Assembly: GCA_976226885.1 (NCBI GenBank)
Contig: OZ320323.1
Span: 39,990,001-40,054,000 of the forward strand
Origin: Iphione sp. A-MEVVRFRX5
Taxonomy: Eukaryota
Direction of reading: 5' to 3'
Length of the DNA stretch: 64,000 nt
Numbering within the stretch: the stretch's first letter is position 1; each line of letters begins with the position of its first letter. Of the stretch, positions 13,717 through 23,896 are shown one piece after another. The notes under the pieces were generated by a model. The model was not told the DNA's origin, searched no databases, and saw nothing but the letters and a program-made list of their open reading frames with translations. Made by a program: the position numbers and the translations under genes.

Positions 13717-14524
13717 ACTGCAGACCTTGTACATTTATATCCTCCACCAAATCTAAAAGGACAAGAGCGTGTCCAAGGTTGTAGGTGGATGGAGACCGAT
13801 AGTTGCTTCTTTTTCACAATTCCAAAAACTGCAGAAATTCCACTTTGGCTTATATAATATATACAGGAATGACCCCACAAAAACTATGTCATGACCGTCA
13901 GACCAGCGTCAAGTTTTATATGTCTGGCGTTGTTAAGGTTCTTCCTGAAAGAATTACTCGTAAATCATCATTATTATATATTTGACCATAATGCAATAGT
14001 TGTGCATTTGTACATTTTACAACATATATGAATATATTAGACGTGGGTTTGCCTTCTTTGTGTGTTTTTGTCACAATCCGTAAAAATGAATGTGACTTGC
14101 TTGTAGTAGTAAAACATTATTGCATAAAATAACCGTGAATGTTTGTCGTCGTGTCAGTTTTGATTTGATTGTTTTTGTCTCTGTGGTCTGTCATCCCGTG
14201 TGTCATTAGTGTGTCTAGGAGTATGAAGTTCTCACTTCCTTATAGAGAGGGACTAGGATTGAGTGATGTCGACCAATCAGAGACGCTTTTCGGAAATGCT
14301 CCCTCTTGACGCTCCAAAACACACGAGGTGTGCATCGTAGTATTTCTAGCCTGGCAAGATAAACGTAGATCTATATATCTCACAAATGCCCCCCATTTTC
14401 CCTGCGTCTCTCTTTGACCTGTTCACCTCGAACATGCCTCTCAATAGACACGCATCTAGACAGGGACGATAAGTCTAGTCCAGCCGTGGGTCGTTGCCGG
14501 GTCAGGAGCTCTGCTTCAGCGAGT

Positions 14525-14556
14525 ATGAATCGCAGGGATTGTTCTCAATGTGCCAG
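14525..14556 (+). CDS. Candidate far-upstream first exon (MNRRDCSQCA-R)
   Basis: 32 bp, phase 2; CAG|gtaggt donor; CCAAT at 14273-14277. Confidence 0.28.
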
Positions 14557-15164
14557 GTAGGTCAGGGAGGGCACCTGGATAGTGTTTGCAGATCATGCTG
14601 ATTTTTCTTTAGACATAGACAGACGGCATTATGGTTTGAACAAGCATCGGACCCATCGCCTACTCTTGACTTTAGTGTATTTTTGGAGGTGATTTTAAAA
14701 GGTCTGACATGTTTGCTGTATTCTATACAAGGGTTTTCAAGCGTCTTTGACAATACAGTTGTATAACTGAATCTCGGTAGTCCTGATTAGCAAAGTTGTA
14801 TCAGCAACGTTGTATATTTCATCATGAATAACAGAAGGGAACCATCAAAGTATCTTAAAACTGATGTTCTAATAGTGAATTTTTTGTTAGCATGATGATG
14901 TAGTTTTGCTGATAATGGTAAGGATACATTGAGTCCATTCACAATCCCGTGAAGAGGGTGGTAGCTCTTCTACATTTAAAGGCAACATATGTTCGTACGA
15001 ACCCATACATATACTATACTGTACTAGTATCATGCTCTTGACAGATTGTCACAGTGTCGGTAATGCAAATCTCGACCAGACGAGTGAAAATTATAATCAG
15101 GTGGTTGACTGCCAGAGAATCTTTTGGTCGAAGTCGTATACAGTAGAAAGTCTCTTATCAGGAC

Positions 15165-15320
15165 ACCCTTCGTTCTTGCCCAAACTGTCTCTAATTGAGA
15201 CATGTCCCTATTAGAGTCTTTATTTGGTATGTACCAAATAAAATCTGTTCTTCCCAAAATTCTCCCTAAATAGAGACTGGTCCTTACTGGAGACGTGCCC
15301 CTAATGTGGCTTTCCACTAT
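15165..15320. mobile_element. MITE fragment of the same family
   Basis: Shares a core with 1296-1359; ends TTTCCACTAT. Confidence 0.4.
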
Positions 15321-15645
15321 GAATGTCAATTATTTCCCCTTAACCTTAGTTCAGCTGTTCAAACTGTGTATATCCTAAGGCCACAATTCCAAGCAACGTG
15401 TAAGTGGTAAAAGTTTAGTCAAACTGGACTGATGCGCCAGGTGTTCAACTAGATGGTTTAAGCTACGCACGAGTGACAGGTACAACAGATATCAGAAAGG
15501 ATAAACACTTCACGCTGATATGCAACTGTTAGAGCACTAAGAGTCCCCTGAAGAGGTCATTATATCCAATAGCTATCTCCGGACAAAGGGGAGAGGCCCC
15601 GTGTTATTTCTCAAGTACCAGTATATAACAATTCCTTCCGTGACA

Positions 15646-15759
15646 GCACAAACTCTCTGTTTGGGGTAACTTAGGAAAGCATGGCACAAACTCTCTGTTT
15701 AGGGTAACTTATGAAAACATGGCACAAACTCTCTGTTTGGGGTAACTTATGAAAACATG
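15646..15759. repeat. 38-bp tandem repeat x3
   Basis: GCACAAACTCTCTGTTTGGGGTAACTTATGAAAACATG, near-identical units with no spacers. Confidence 0.95.
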
Positions 15760-15773
15760 GATGCTAGAAGACG
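15757..15773 (+). CDS. Candidate far-upstream first exon (MDARR-R)
   Basis: aacATGG Kozak; 17 bp, phase 2; ACG|gtaagg donor. Confidence 0.33.
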
Positions 15774-18700
15774 GTAAGGACGCGAGGATACGATTTTTAA
15801 AAAACGGTACTGGAGCTGTCTAAAAGTCATGTAAAATAAAGAGCTAACCCTTCCTAGTCTCAAACTCTAACGTACAGAAGAAGTTGGAAATGCTCGTGTA
15901 GACATATTCCGGATGTGGTCGCTGCTATTGCCTGAGGTGAAGATACACTCTGGGATTTCAGATGGGCACTTCAGAAACTGCCAATCTGTCTCTCTATTAG
16001 GTCACTGATACGACTTTGTTTATCGGGACTACCGAGGTTCAGATATTAAGAACTATCTGTGGTCAGTGAAGAGTGTATATTCAGAGATAATCTACAGCAT
16101 ATGGTATAGTCAAAGGAATCAAATCGGATGATGTGTCATCGCACAAAAAGTATCATCCAGTGGATCACGTACAACGTTGTTACCAGCACGTACTCCAGTA
16201 GTTATTTTTTAAAGGTGAAAGATCCGACACATGTATTTATACTCCCCCATACCGTGTGCTAGATAGTCCTAGATAGTTAGGCTTAAGTTCCATATACATA
16301 TGTATTGTGTTTTCATAACCATATCACCACTGAAAGTCACAACTTTGTCACCATGCTCAGGTATGCTTGTGTAGCATGTTCATCATGTGATACCTTAGTA
16401 GGTAACCATAGTTCCTATTGAAAAATTGTACACAGCTATAAAAACATGACGGAATGGGAACGTTCTCGACCTAAAAATATGCTACATGGAGATACGCTAC
16501 ATGCTACATGCTACATGCTGCATGCATATATGCATATATGTACATGGAAGCAGTCCAGTAGATAACCACAGTTTTTACATGGTAAAACAGCCATGAAATA
16601 ATGTTTCTTGTCCTCAGAGCTAAGATTTCCATTTCCTCGTGTCATGCCGCAGCAGCTCACCCTCTGAGCAGCCAAACTAGGGGCGGAACGCAAAATTAAA
16701 TGCAGGTTGGGTTATTCACACTAAAACATTTTCTGGTATGATGAAGACATTTGAGTGCATGAAACGTTTGGCACATTCAAATCCAACTTAAACCGTTATC
16801 CTGTTCGTCGCGTTGGTGTGTTCCTCTAATCTATCAATTTCCTGTCATGTATAGCAACTCAGGTGGTAGCAGGGCACATTGTAGACAAGAACAAAAAAAT
16901 GACCCGATTCCATTGGTGGTCTTGCTTTTGAAGTGCTACTGCACCACGATGCTTTCATGTACATGTACTGGATGGTTTTTTCCTCTCGTTAACACCTACA
17001 CCTCACATTCTCATCGACAATATCCCAACCAGTATCTCTGTGATGGTATTCAATGGCACAATATTATATATTTGTGGGTAGCTCATAAGGACGTGAGGGG
17101 TATAACTACTGGGTCAGGTAGAAGAGGTGACCTGACACCTCGGCAAACTATGACACATGCAAATAATCTCGTCAGTAATCCTGGCACAGCTGTCAATCCC
17201 CCATCCACTCTCCTCTTAACACCTACGTCTGGGAGCCGAGAGACACAGTCAAGGTGTGCGGCCTGCAGTCCTCCTGTCGTGTTCACGCCAGAGCAGAGGT
17301 CAGTAGAGAGATCGCGTCTGTGGTAGCTGGTAGGGTTGTAGTTGATTTTTTACGTCGGTTTAGGTGGGGGGGGTGTTCTACATCGAGACCACGATGCACC
17401 CGCGGGTAAATTTATAGTTCGTCACGCATATAACTCACTGGTGGATTCATCAATTCATGGCATGAATGGGGGGGGGAATAATCATGTATTACATGCATAT
17501 CCGTAAGCTGCATGCGATCACGTATGCATTTAGGGATGTGGACACATTACGCAACTGCCAGTGGTGGTCGGGCAACTCCCTACCTGGGTTTTAGAGGCAT
17601 CCTGGTCATATCATATACATGTATGCGACTTGCCTTGAGAAAGAATCAGCAATAAATGGACGTATTAAAGCAAACTAGCCGTCTGGGCTACCTTTAAAAA
17701 AATTACCTCAAAACCTCCAAGAGGAGGTGGCAGCCTCTGGAGAGGCGACTCCTGGAGGTGGGGGGGGGCGTTGGATATGTTGCTTGTGTTGCTGGCAGAT
17801 TCCTTTTTCTTTCTCCAGGGTTGGTCTCCCCTATGACCTAGTCTTTAAGGGAGTATCAACTATACACATGTATGCCTAATTCTTTATTTTGCAGAGATAT
17901 ATCTCTGTACACATGTGTATCATATACTAATGTATACTGGGAGAGTCCGCTGTATTTATTCCTGACCCTGCAGCGTTATCAACGGTAGGTGGTGGGGTGG
18001 GGGAGGGGGAGGGAGGAGGGAAAATGAAGCGATGTGCAGGAGGTACATTATGCCTATCTAAATGGGAGCCGAGAGTTGACGAGAAAGGCAGGCGGGAGGA
18101 CCGACGGACAGATAGTGGCCTGCAGAAAGACCGATAGGGATGCGGACAGGTCGATAAACGAATCAAGAGAGAGAGAGAGCAGGAGGAGAGCTTAGAACGA
18201 GCATGAAGACCAAACAATGTGGAAAGTAAATGAGGGAGGAGGTGGTGATGGAGAGCAAGGAGACGAAGAAAAAGCCCAAGAGTTAAGCGTTTTCACATGC
18301 CACCTGGATCCCCGTGGATTGGCTCTACTTTGCCCACACAAGAATTACAATTCACCTACATGAATGTTGAATATGATGTATCACTCAAATGATTGACAGT
18401 AAATAGATGCAGCTAAAACTACCTAACGCTCTGCTTTAGTCTCTTCTTTAGAACAGATATTATGCAGGATTATTTGTAAAATAATGGATACATGTATTAT
18501 CATATTAGTAATCTACATTCACTGCAGTTTTCAACAGGCACTTACCTAGAGACTGCATCGAGAAAGACCCTGTTACCATCATGATATCTGTCATTTTTGC
18601 GTATACAGATTGGTGTATATCAAATGTAAAAGTACAATTTTATACATGCACATATGGAAACACTCTTTGCTATAAGCATATGTAGTTCCCTAAAGGACAT

Positions 18701-18894
18701 GCTGAAAACATGGCAGCATGGCCATAAAACATGTGCATGGATACTCAGCCTTAAATAGGAAAGGTCATGGAGACAGTCGTAGCAGCAATGGTATTTAGAT
18801 TTAAAATGACATTTACTGTGATCCCTCCATATCGTTTGTGTCTGGCAGGTTAAACGTTTGTCTGGCATGTAGACGTTTGTAGGTTTTTACGGCA

Positions 18895-19043
18895 GGAGGG
18901 GAGAGAACGAAAGAGAGAGAGTGAGTAAGAGAGAGACAGGGGAGACGAGAGAGAGGGGGGATAGAGAGGTAGAGAGCGACAGAGAGTAAGAGAGAGTTTA
19001 GGAGGATTCGAGAGGCGGAGAGACAGGGATAGAATTAGAGAAA
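18895..19043. repeat. (GA)n-rich tract hosting the LTR insertion
   Basis: The GA-rich run continues after the element (AGAAAGAGTAGAGAGG). Confidence 0.85.
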
Positions 19044-19186
19044 TGTTGATAAATTAGTACAGTGATACCTTTATGCAGCTACTTCCTGTTTCTAGTTCAT
19101 CCATTAAAGATGTCTACCTCTTACATGTTCTTCAAGTTATTTGCTTATTATCATCTCTACTGAACCCAGCTACTAACTTATAAACA
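19044..19186 (+). repeat. 5' LTR (143 bp)
   Basis: TG...CA termini; base-for-base identical by eye to 23754-23896; contains ATTAAA. Confidence 0.97.
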
Positions 19187-19197
19187 TGGTGGCAGTG
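19187..19197 (+). promoter_or_regulatory. Primer-binding site, tRNA-Leu(AAG/TAG)-like
   Basis: TGGTGGCAGTG immediately after the 5' LTR. It is complementary to the 3' end (..CGCUGCCACCA) of eukaryotic tRNA-Leu, 9 nt perfect plus a G-U pair. Confidence 0.75.
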
Positions 19198-19607
19198 TAG
19201 AGGATACTCAGGAACACTGTGGCATACTTGGAGGACTTCTTCTCATGGACTTTACCACACTTTTGGAGGAATTACTGGAAGCTTCAAGACATTCTGCTCA
19301 TGACTCAGCACTTTTGACCTAACTGCACAGATAAGTTCTAGGACTTTTTTCACTGCAAATATTTCACTGTATTGATGTCCTGTGCTTATATATGACTACA
19401 TGGATTGTTTCTGATGTTGATGATCATTCTGAAGGAGCCAAAAAGACTGAATTATTGACATTTTCTGTGAGTGATAATAGGGGATTTCCAATGCTAAAAT
19501 CCTATTGGAATCTGCCTAATCTGATGCAATACCTGGTTGAGCTGTTTGACCTACTTTTTGGACTTGGCTTCTTATAAACTGTGTTTTGGTATATCTGATG
19601 CTTGACA

Positions 19608-22600
19608 ATGGCAACTACAAGTCTCTTTCCCCCACCTGGTGCTCTGAATATTACATCTGGTAATATTGCTGAAAACTTCAAATTATGGAAACGCCAATTT
19701 GAAATCTATCTCAAGGCAAGTGGGAATGACAGACCTGACATGGATGGGGAAACCAAAGTTGCTATACTGTTAGCATGTGCTGGACCTGATGTGATCAAGA
19801 TATATGACCAATTTCAATTTGAAAATGATCAACAGAAACATGATGTGAAGATTGTGCTACAATATATTGAGAGATATTGCATGCCCTTGAAGAATGAAGT
19901 TGTTGCTTCGCATAAATTTTGGTCTACTCCATACTCTGCTCCTTTTGACAATTTTCTTACTGACTTGAAAACTCTTGCCAGTGAATGTAATTTTGGTGAG
20001 TTCACTGATCGTCTCATCCGAGATAAGCTAGTGTTTGTCACCAAAGGACGACTGCAGAATCGTCTCCTGCGTGAAACTGACCTTACTCTGGAAAAGGCTA
20101 TTGCTATTTGTCGTGCTGATGAAATGGCAGAACTACATGGTAAGGAGTTTGAAAAGTCTAAGAGCATTGACAAGGTCAAACCAAAGCCTGGAAAGAAGGT
20201 ACAGAAAGACAAGAGCAATACAACTGCAGCTCCAACACTGAAGTACAACTGTAAATTCTGTGGAAAGAAGCATAAAGCCAACAAGGAAAGCTGTCCTGCT
20301 TATGGTAAAGACTGCAGAAAATGTGGGAAGCAGAATCACTGGGCTAAGCTCTGTCCAAACAAGAAGAATCTCCAGTACTTAGCTGAGGATCAACTTGATT
20401 CATTTGATGATGGAGTCTGGCTTGGTGCTGTCCACAACACTGGACATAAGACAGTGCGAGCAAAAATGATTGTCAATGACTGTGAAGTTTGCTTTGAGTT
20501 AGACAGTGGTGCAGAAGTTAACACCATACAGAAGAAGTATGTCTTGCGAAGTCAAGTACGACCATCTAATGTTAACCTGACAATGTGGAATCATACAAGT
20601 CAAAAGCCACTAGGAGAAGCTACTCTTGAGGTCAAGAATCCTAGGACTGATGAAACTACTCAAGTCAATTTTTTGGTGGTACCTAACAAGTTGCGCTCTC
20701 TGTTAGGCATCACAACTGTCCAGAGGATGAATCTTGTGACCATCAATGAAGATAACTTCAACATTGCAACTGTCACTGCATCACATCTTGGTGATCTTGG
20801 TGAAGTTCATCTCCATATACTAAAGGATGTTCAACCACGAGCTCTACCCTGCAGAACTGTACCTATTGCTCTACGTGAAAGGGTGAAGCAGGAACTGGAT
20901 CGTCTGGTGTCATTACATGTCATTGAGCTTGTTGACAAACCTACTGACTGGGTAAGTCAAATGGCTGTGGTAGAAAAGCCTAATGGTTCTCTTAGGATTT
21001 GTATTGATCCTCAACCTCTGAATGTCGCTCTGAAGAGAGAACATTTCAAACTACCAACTTTTGATGAAGCTATACCACAACTGACAAATGCCAAAGTCTT
21101 CAGTCGTCTGGATGTTGAGAGTGCATTCTGGCATGTTAAACTGGATGATGAGTCTAGTGATTTGACAACAATGATCACACCATTTGGATGCTACAGATGG
21201 AGGAGACTACCATTTGGTCTGAAAGTATCAAGTGAGGTTTTCCAAAAGCGTCTTGTACAGGCCTTAGAAGGTCTGGATGGTGTTCTCTGTGTTGCTGATG
21301 ATCTTGTTGTAATCGGACGTGGTGATACTCTTGAAACAGCAAGACAGGACCACAAAGTCAACCTGAAGAAACTCCAACAGAGATGCAAAGAAAAGAACAT
21401 CAAGCTGAATGACAAGAAAGCTGACATTGAAAAATCTAGCATCACTTTCATGGGACATGTGATCTCTGCCCAAGGCATTAGCCCTGATCCTAAGAAGGTT
21501 CAAGCTGTTGTTGAAATGCCTACTCCAGAGGATGTTAGTGGAGTTAGAAGATTCTGTGGTTTTGTACAGTACCTCTCTCGCTTCATGCCTAAACTGGCAG
21601 ATGATCTGAAACCACTTCGTCAACTGACACGTGATGATGTGTCATGGAACTGGTCGACAGAATGTGATGATGCTGTACAAACCATCAAGAAGAAAGTGAC
21701 AGAGACTCCTGTATTAACTTTCTATGATCCACAAAAAGAGCTTATGATCCAAGTGGATAGTTCTAAAGATGGACTTGGTGCTGCTTTACTTCAAAATGGC
21801 AAGCCTATTGAATTTGCATCAAGGACTCTGACTGACACTGAAAGCCGATACGCACAAATTGAAAAGGAATGTCTAGCAGTAGTATTTGGTCTAGAGCGTT
21901 TTGACCAATACACATATGGACGTGAGGTGATCGTGCAGAATGATCACAAACCATTGGCTTCTATCTTACAGAAACCCCTAAGTCAGTCTCCAAAGCGACT
22001 ACAGGCAATGATACTGCGAATTCGTCGATATGATATTCGGTTTCAGTACCTGGAAGGTCGAGACCTTATACTGGCTGATACCCTAAGTCGTGCTGCATTG
22101 GAAACTACGATGACTAAACAGAAGAAAGTCTATGCTGTGAGGTCATTCAAGTACATGAATGTGTCTGATGCAAGGCTAGGAGAGATTCGTGAAGCAATTC
22201 TTCATGATGACACCATGCAGACACTAATCACAACCATAAGGGAAGGATGGCCAGACAGTATTGACAAAGTTGATAGACAGATCAGAGCTTACTATGATGT
22301 ACGTGATTGTCTGACAATTGATCAAGGACTGATTTTGAAAGGTGAAAGACTAGTCATACCTTGTGCTATGAGACCCCTAGTCAAGGAAAGACTTCATGCT
22401 GCTCATCTAGGAAGAGACAGTATGTTGAGACGGGCTAGAGAGCTTGTTTACTGGCCTGGCATGAACAAGGAAATTGAACAGATTGCCAACACTTGCCCAA
22501 CCTGTTTAGAGTTCAAACCTCGCAACCAGAAAGAGACCCTGAAACAACATGATCTCCCAGACCAAGCATGGTTGAAAGTTGGTGTCGACTTATTCACCAT

Positions 22601-23507
22601 CTCTAACCGAGACTACCTGGTAACTGTGGACTACTACAGCGGTTTTTGGGAAATTGACTACTTGTCAACCACTTCAAGCAAAGCAGTAATCCTGAAGTTG
22701 AAGGCACACTTTGCAAGATATGGTATACCCAAGGTGATAATGTCTGATAATGGACCACAATTTGCTTCAGCTGAGTTTGAACGATTCATCAGTGAATGGG
22801 GCATTGTTCATCATACATCTTCACCTGGCTACCCAAGGTCCAATGGAAAAGCTGAGGCTGCTGTCAAGGCTGCAAAGACAATGATCAAAAAGGCTCTGCA
22901 TGATAACAGAGATCAGTATGCTGCTCTGTTAGAGGTGAGAAATACTCCCATTCAGAGTCATGGGAAAAGCCCTGCCCAGTTGATGTTCCAGAGGACAACA
23001 AGGACATTGTTGCCATCAACAAATGATGTGCTCAAACCAACAACTCCCTGCAACATCTCTAAAAGACAAGTAGAAAGGAATAAAGCTGTGAAGAAGCACT
23101 ATGACAAGTCTGCAAAAGACTTACAGCCACTAAAGAAAGGTGACCAAGTGCGCATCTATCCCATAGATGGTAGAAAGACTTGGGACAAAGGTGTAGTCCA
23201 AGAACAAGTAGATGATCGATCTTATAACATCAAAGGCGAGTCTACAGATTCTACATACAGACGCAACCGTGTACATCTCAGACATGTACCTGATGAACGA
23301 CCTGTTCAAGATGTACCAACTCTATCTTCTGTACCGGTGACAACTACAAAACCAGTGCAGAGTGGTGCATCTCCAGTAGTACCATCCCAAGTGAACATTG
23401 ATGTACCAGCTGACAACATACCATCCAATGATACAACTCCAAGATCATGTCGTACTAAACGACAAACTCGTCCACCAGTCTGGATGAAGGACTATGTAAC
23501 TAAATAA
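19608..23507 (+). CDS. Gag-Pol polyprotein (about 1299 aa from the first ATG)
   Basis: Gag with two zinc knuckles CKFCGKKH..C and CRKCGKQNHWAKLC (20250-20355). Protease LDSGA (~20500). RT LRICIDP, PFGL and VADD (21291-21302). RNase H VDSSKDGLGA/EKECLA/DHKPL. Integrase HAAH..CPTC, DLF, SDNGPQF and NGKAE. C-terminal RPPVWMKDYV. No stops or frameshifts. Confidence 0.97.
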   Translation: MATTSLFPPPGALNITSGNIAENFKLWKRQFEIYLKASGNDRPDMDGETKVAILLACAGPDVIKIYDQFQFENDQQKHDVKIVLQYIERYCMPLKNEVVASHKFWSTPYSAPFDNFLTDLKTLASECNFGEFTDRLIRDKLVFVTKGRLQNRLLRETDLTLEKAIAICRADEMAELHGKEFEKSKSIDKVKPKPGKKVQKDKSNTTAAPTLKYNCKFCGKKHKANKESCPAYGKDCRKCGKQNHWAKLCPNKKNLQYLAEDQLDSFDDGVWLGAVHNTGHKTVRAKMIVNDCEVCFELDSGAEVNTIQKKYVLRSQVRPSNVNLTMWNHTSQKPLGEATLEVKNPRTDETTQVNFLVVPNKLRSLLGITTVQRMNLVTINEDNFNIATVTASHLGDLGEVHLHILKDVQPRALPCRTVPIALRERVKQELDRLVSLHVIELVDKPTDWVSQMAVVEKPNGSLRICIDPQPLNVALKREHFKLPTFDEAIPQLTNAKVFSRLDVESAFWHVKLDDESSDLTTMITPFGCYRWRRLPFGLKVSSEVFQKRLVQALEGLDGVLCVADDLVVIGRGDTLETARQDHKVNLKKLQQRCKEKNIKLNDKKADIEKSSITFMGHVISAQGISPDPKKVQAVVEMPTPEDVSGVRRFCGFVQYLSRFMPKLADDLKPLRQLTRDDVSWNWSTECDDAVQTIKKKVTETPVLTFYDPQKELMIQVDSSKDGLGAALLQNGKPIEFASRTLTDTESRYAQIEKECLAVVFGLERFDQYTYGREVIVQNDHKPLASILQKPLSQSPKRLQAMILRIRRYDIRFQYLEGRDLILADTLSRAALETTMTKQKKVYAVRSFKYMNVSDARLGEIREAILHDDTMQTLITTIREGWPDSIDKVDRQIRAYYDVRDCLTIDQGLILKGERLVIPCAMRPLVKERLHAAHLGRDSMLRRARELVYWPGMNKEIEQIANTCPTCLEFKPRNQKETLKQHDLPDQAWLKVGVDLFTISNRDYLVTVDYYSGFWEIDYLSTTSSKAVILKLKAHFARYGIPKVIMSDNGPQFASAEFERFISEWGIVHHTSSPGYPRSNGKAEAAVKAAKTMIKKALHDNRDQYAALLEVRNTPIQSHGKSPAQLMFQRTTRTLLPSTNDVLKPTTPCNISKRQVERNKAVKKHYDKSAKDLQPLKKGDQVRIYPIDGRKTWDKGVVQEQVDDRSYNIKGESTDSTYRRNRVHLRHVPDERPVQDVPTLSSVPVTTTKPVQSGASPVVPSQVNIDVPADNIPSNDTTPRSCRTKRQTRPPVWMKDYVTK

Positions 23508-23741
23508 CTATTCAGTTAGTCTGCTATGTCAACAAGAAGTTCAAGTAATCTTGCTTAATGATTGACTTTCCTGATATCTCAGTGGACACTCATAATCTTT
23601 CATAGACTATTAAAAGTTTAAGTTCTATAGCTAAACATCAAAGTACTAGTATAGAATCATCTTTTATCAGATCTCATCTATCTACTCAAGGACTGCTACT
23701 TATGAGTAAAAGTAACTTATGGCTTAATAGAGTTCTTATCT

Positions 23742-23753
23742 GAAAAAGGGGGA
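23742..23753 (+). promoter_or_regulatory. Polypurine tract
   Basis: GAAAAAGGGGGA directly upstream of the 3' LTR. Confidence 0.92.
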
Positions 23754-23896
23754 TGTTGATAAATTAGTACAGTGATACCTTTATGCAGCTACTTCCTGTT
23801 TCTAGTTCATCCATTAAAGATGTCTACCTCTTACATGTTCTTCAAGTTATTTGCTTATTATCATCTCTACTGAACCCAGCTACTAACTTATAAACA
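23754..23896 (+). repeat. 3' LTR (143 bp)
   Basis: Identical to the 5' LTR; preceded by the polypurine tract and followed by the TSD AGAAA. Confidence 0.97.

Larger units (their letters stand above)
19044..23896 (+). mobile_element. Full-length Ty3/Gypsy LTR retrotransposon, Mag-like lineage
   Basis: Two identical 143-bp LTRs (TGTTGAT...TAAACA). The 5-bp TSD AGAAA flanks it at 19039-19043 and 23897-23901. PBS follows the 5' LTR, PPT precedes the 3' LTR, and a single gag-PR-RT-RH-IN ORF is in Gypsy domain order. Twin CCHC knuckles, short LTRs and a Leu PBS fit Mag. Confidence 0.97.

Noticed and set aside
16735-16770. Hammerhead/Penelope-like TGATGAAGAC...GAAACG (also checked 25613, 32383, 51277)
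   Set aside because: The catalytic core is incomplete (no CUGANGA with a paired stem II) and stems I/III cannot be formed.
19829-21623. Antisense and alternate-frame ORFs inside gag-pol
   Set aside because: These are shadow ORFs from the codon bias of the long sense ORF.
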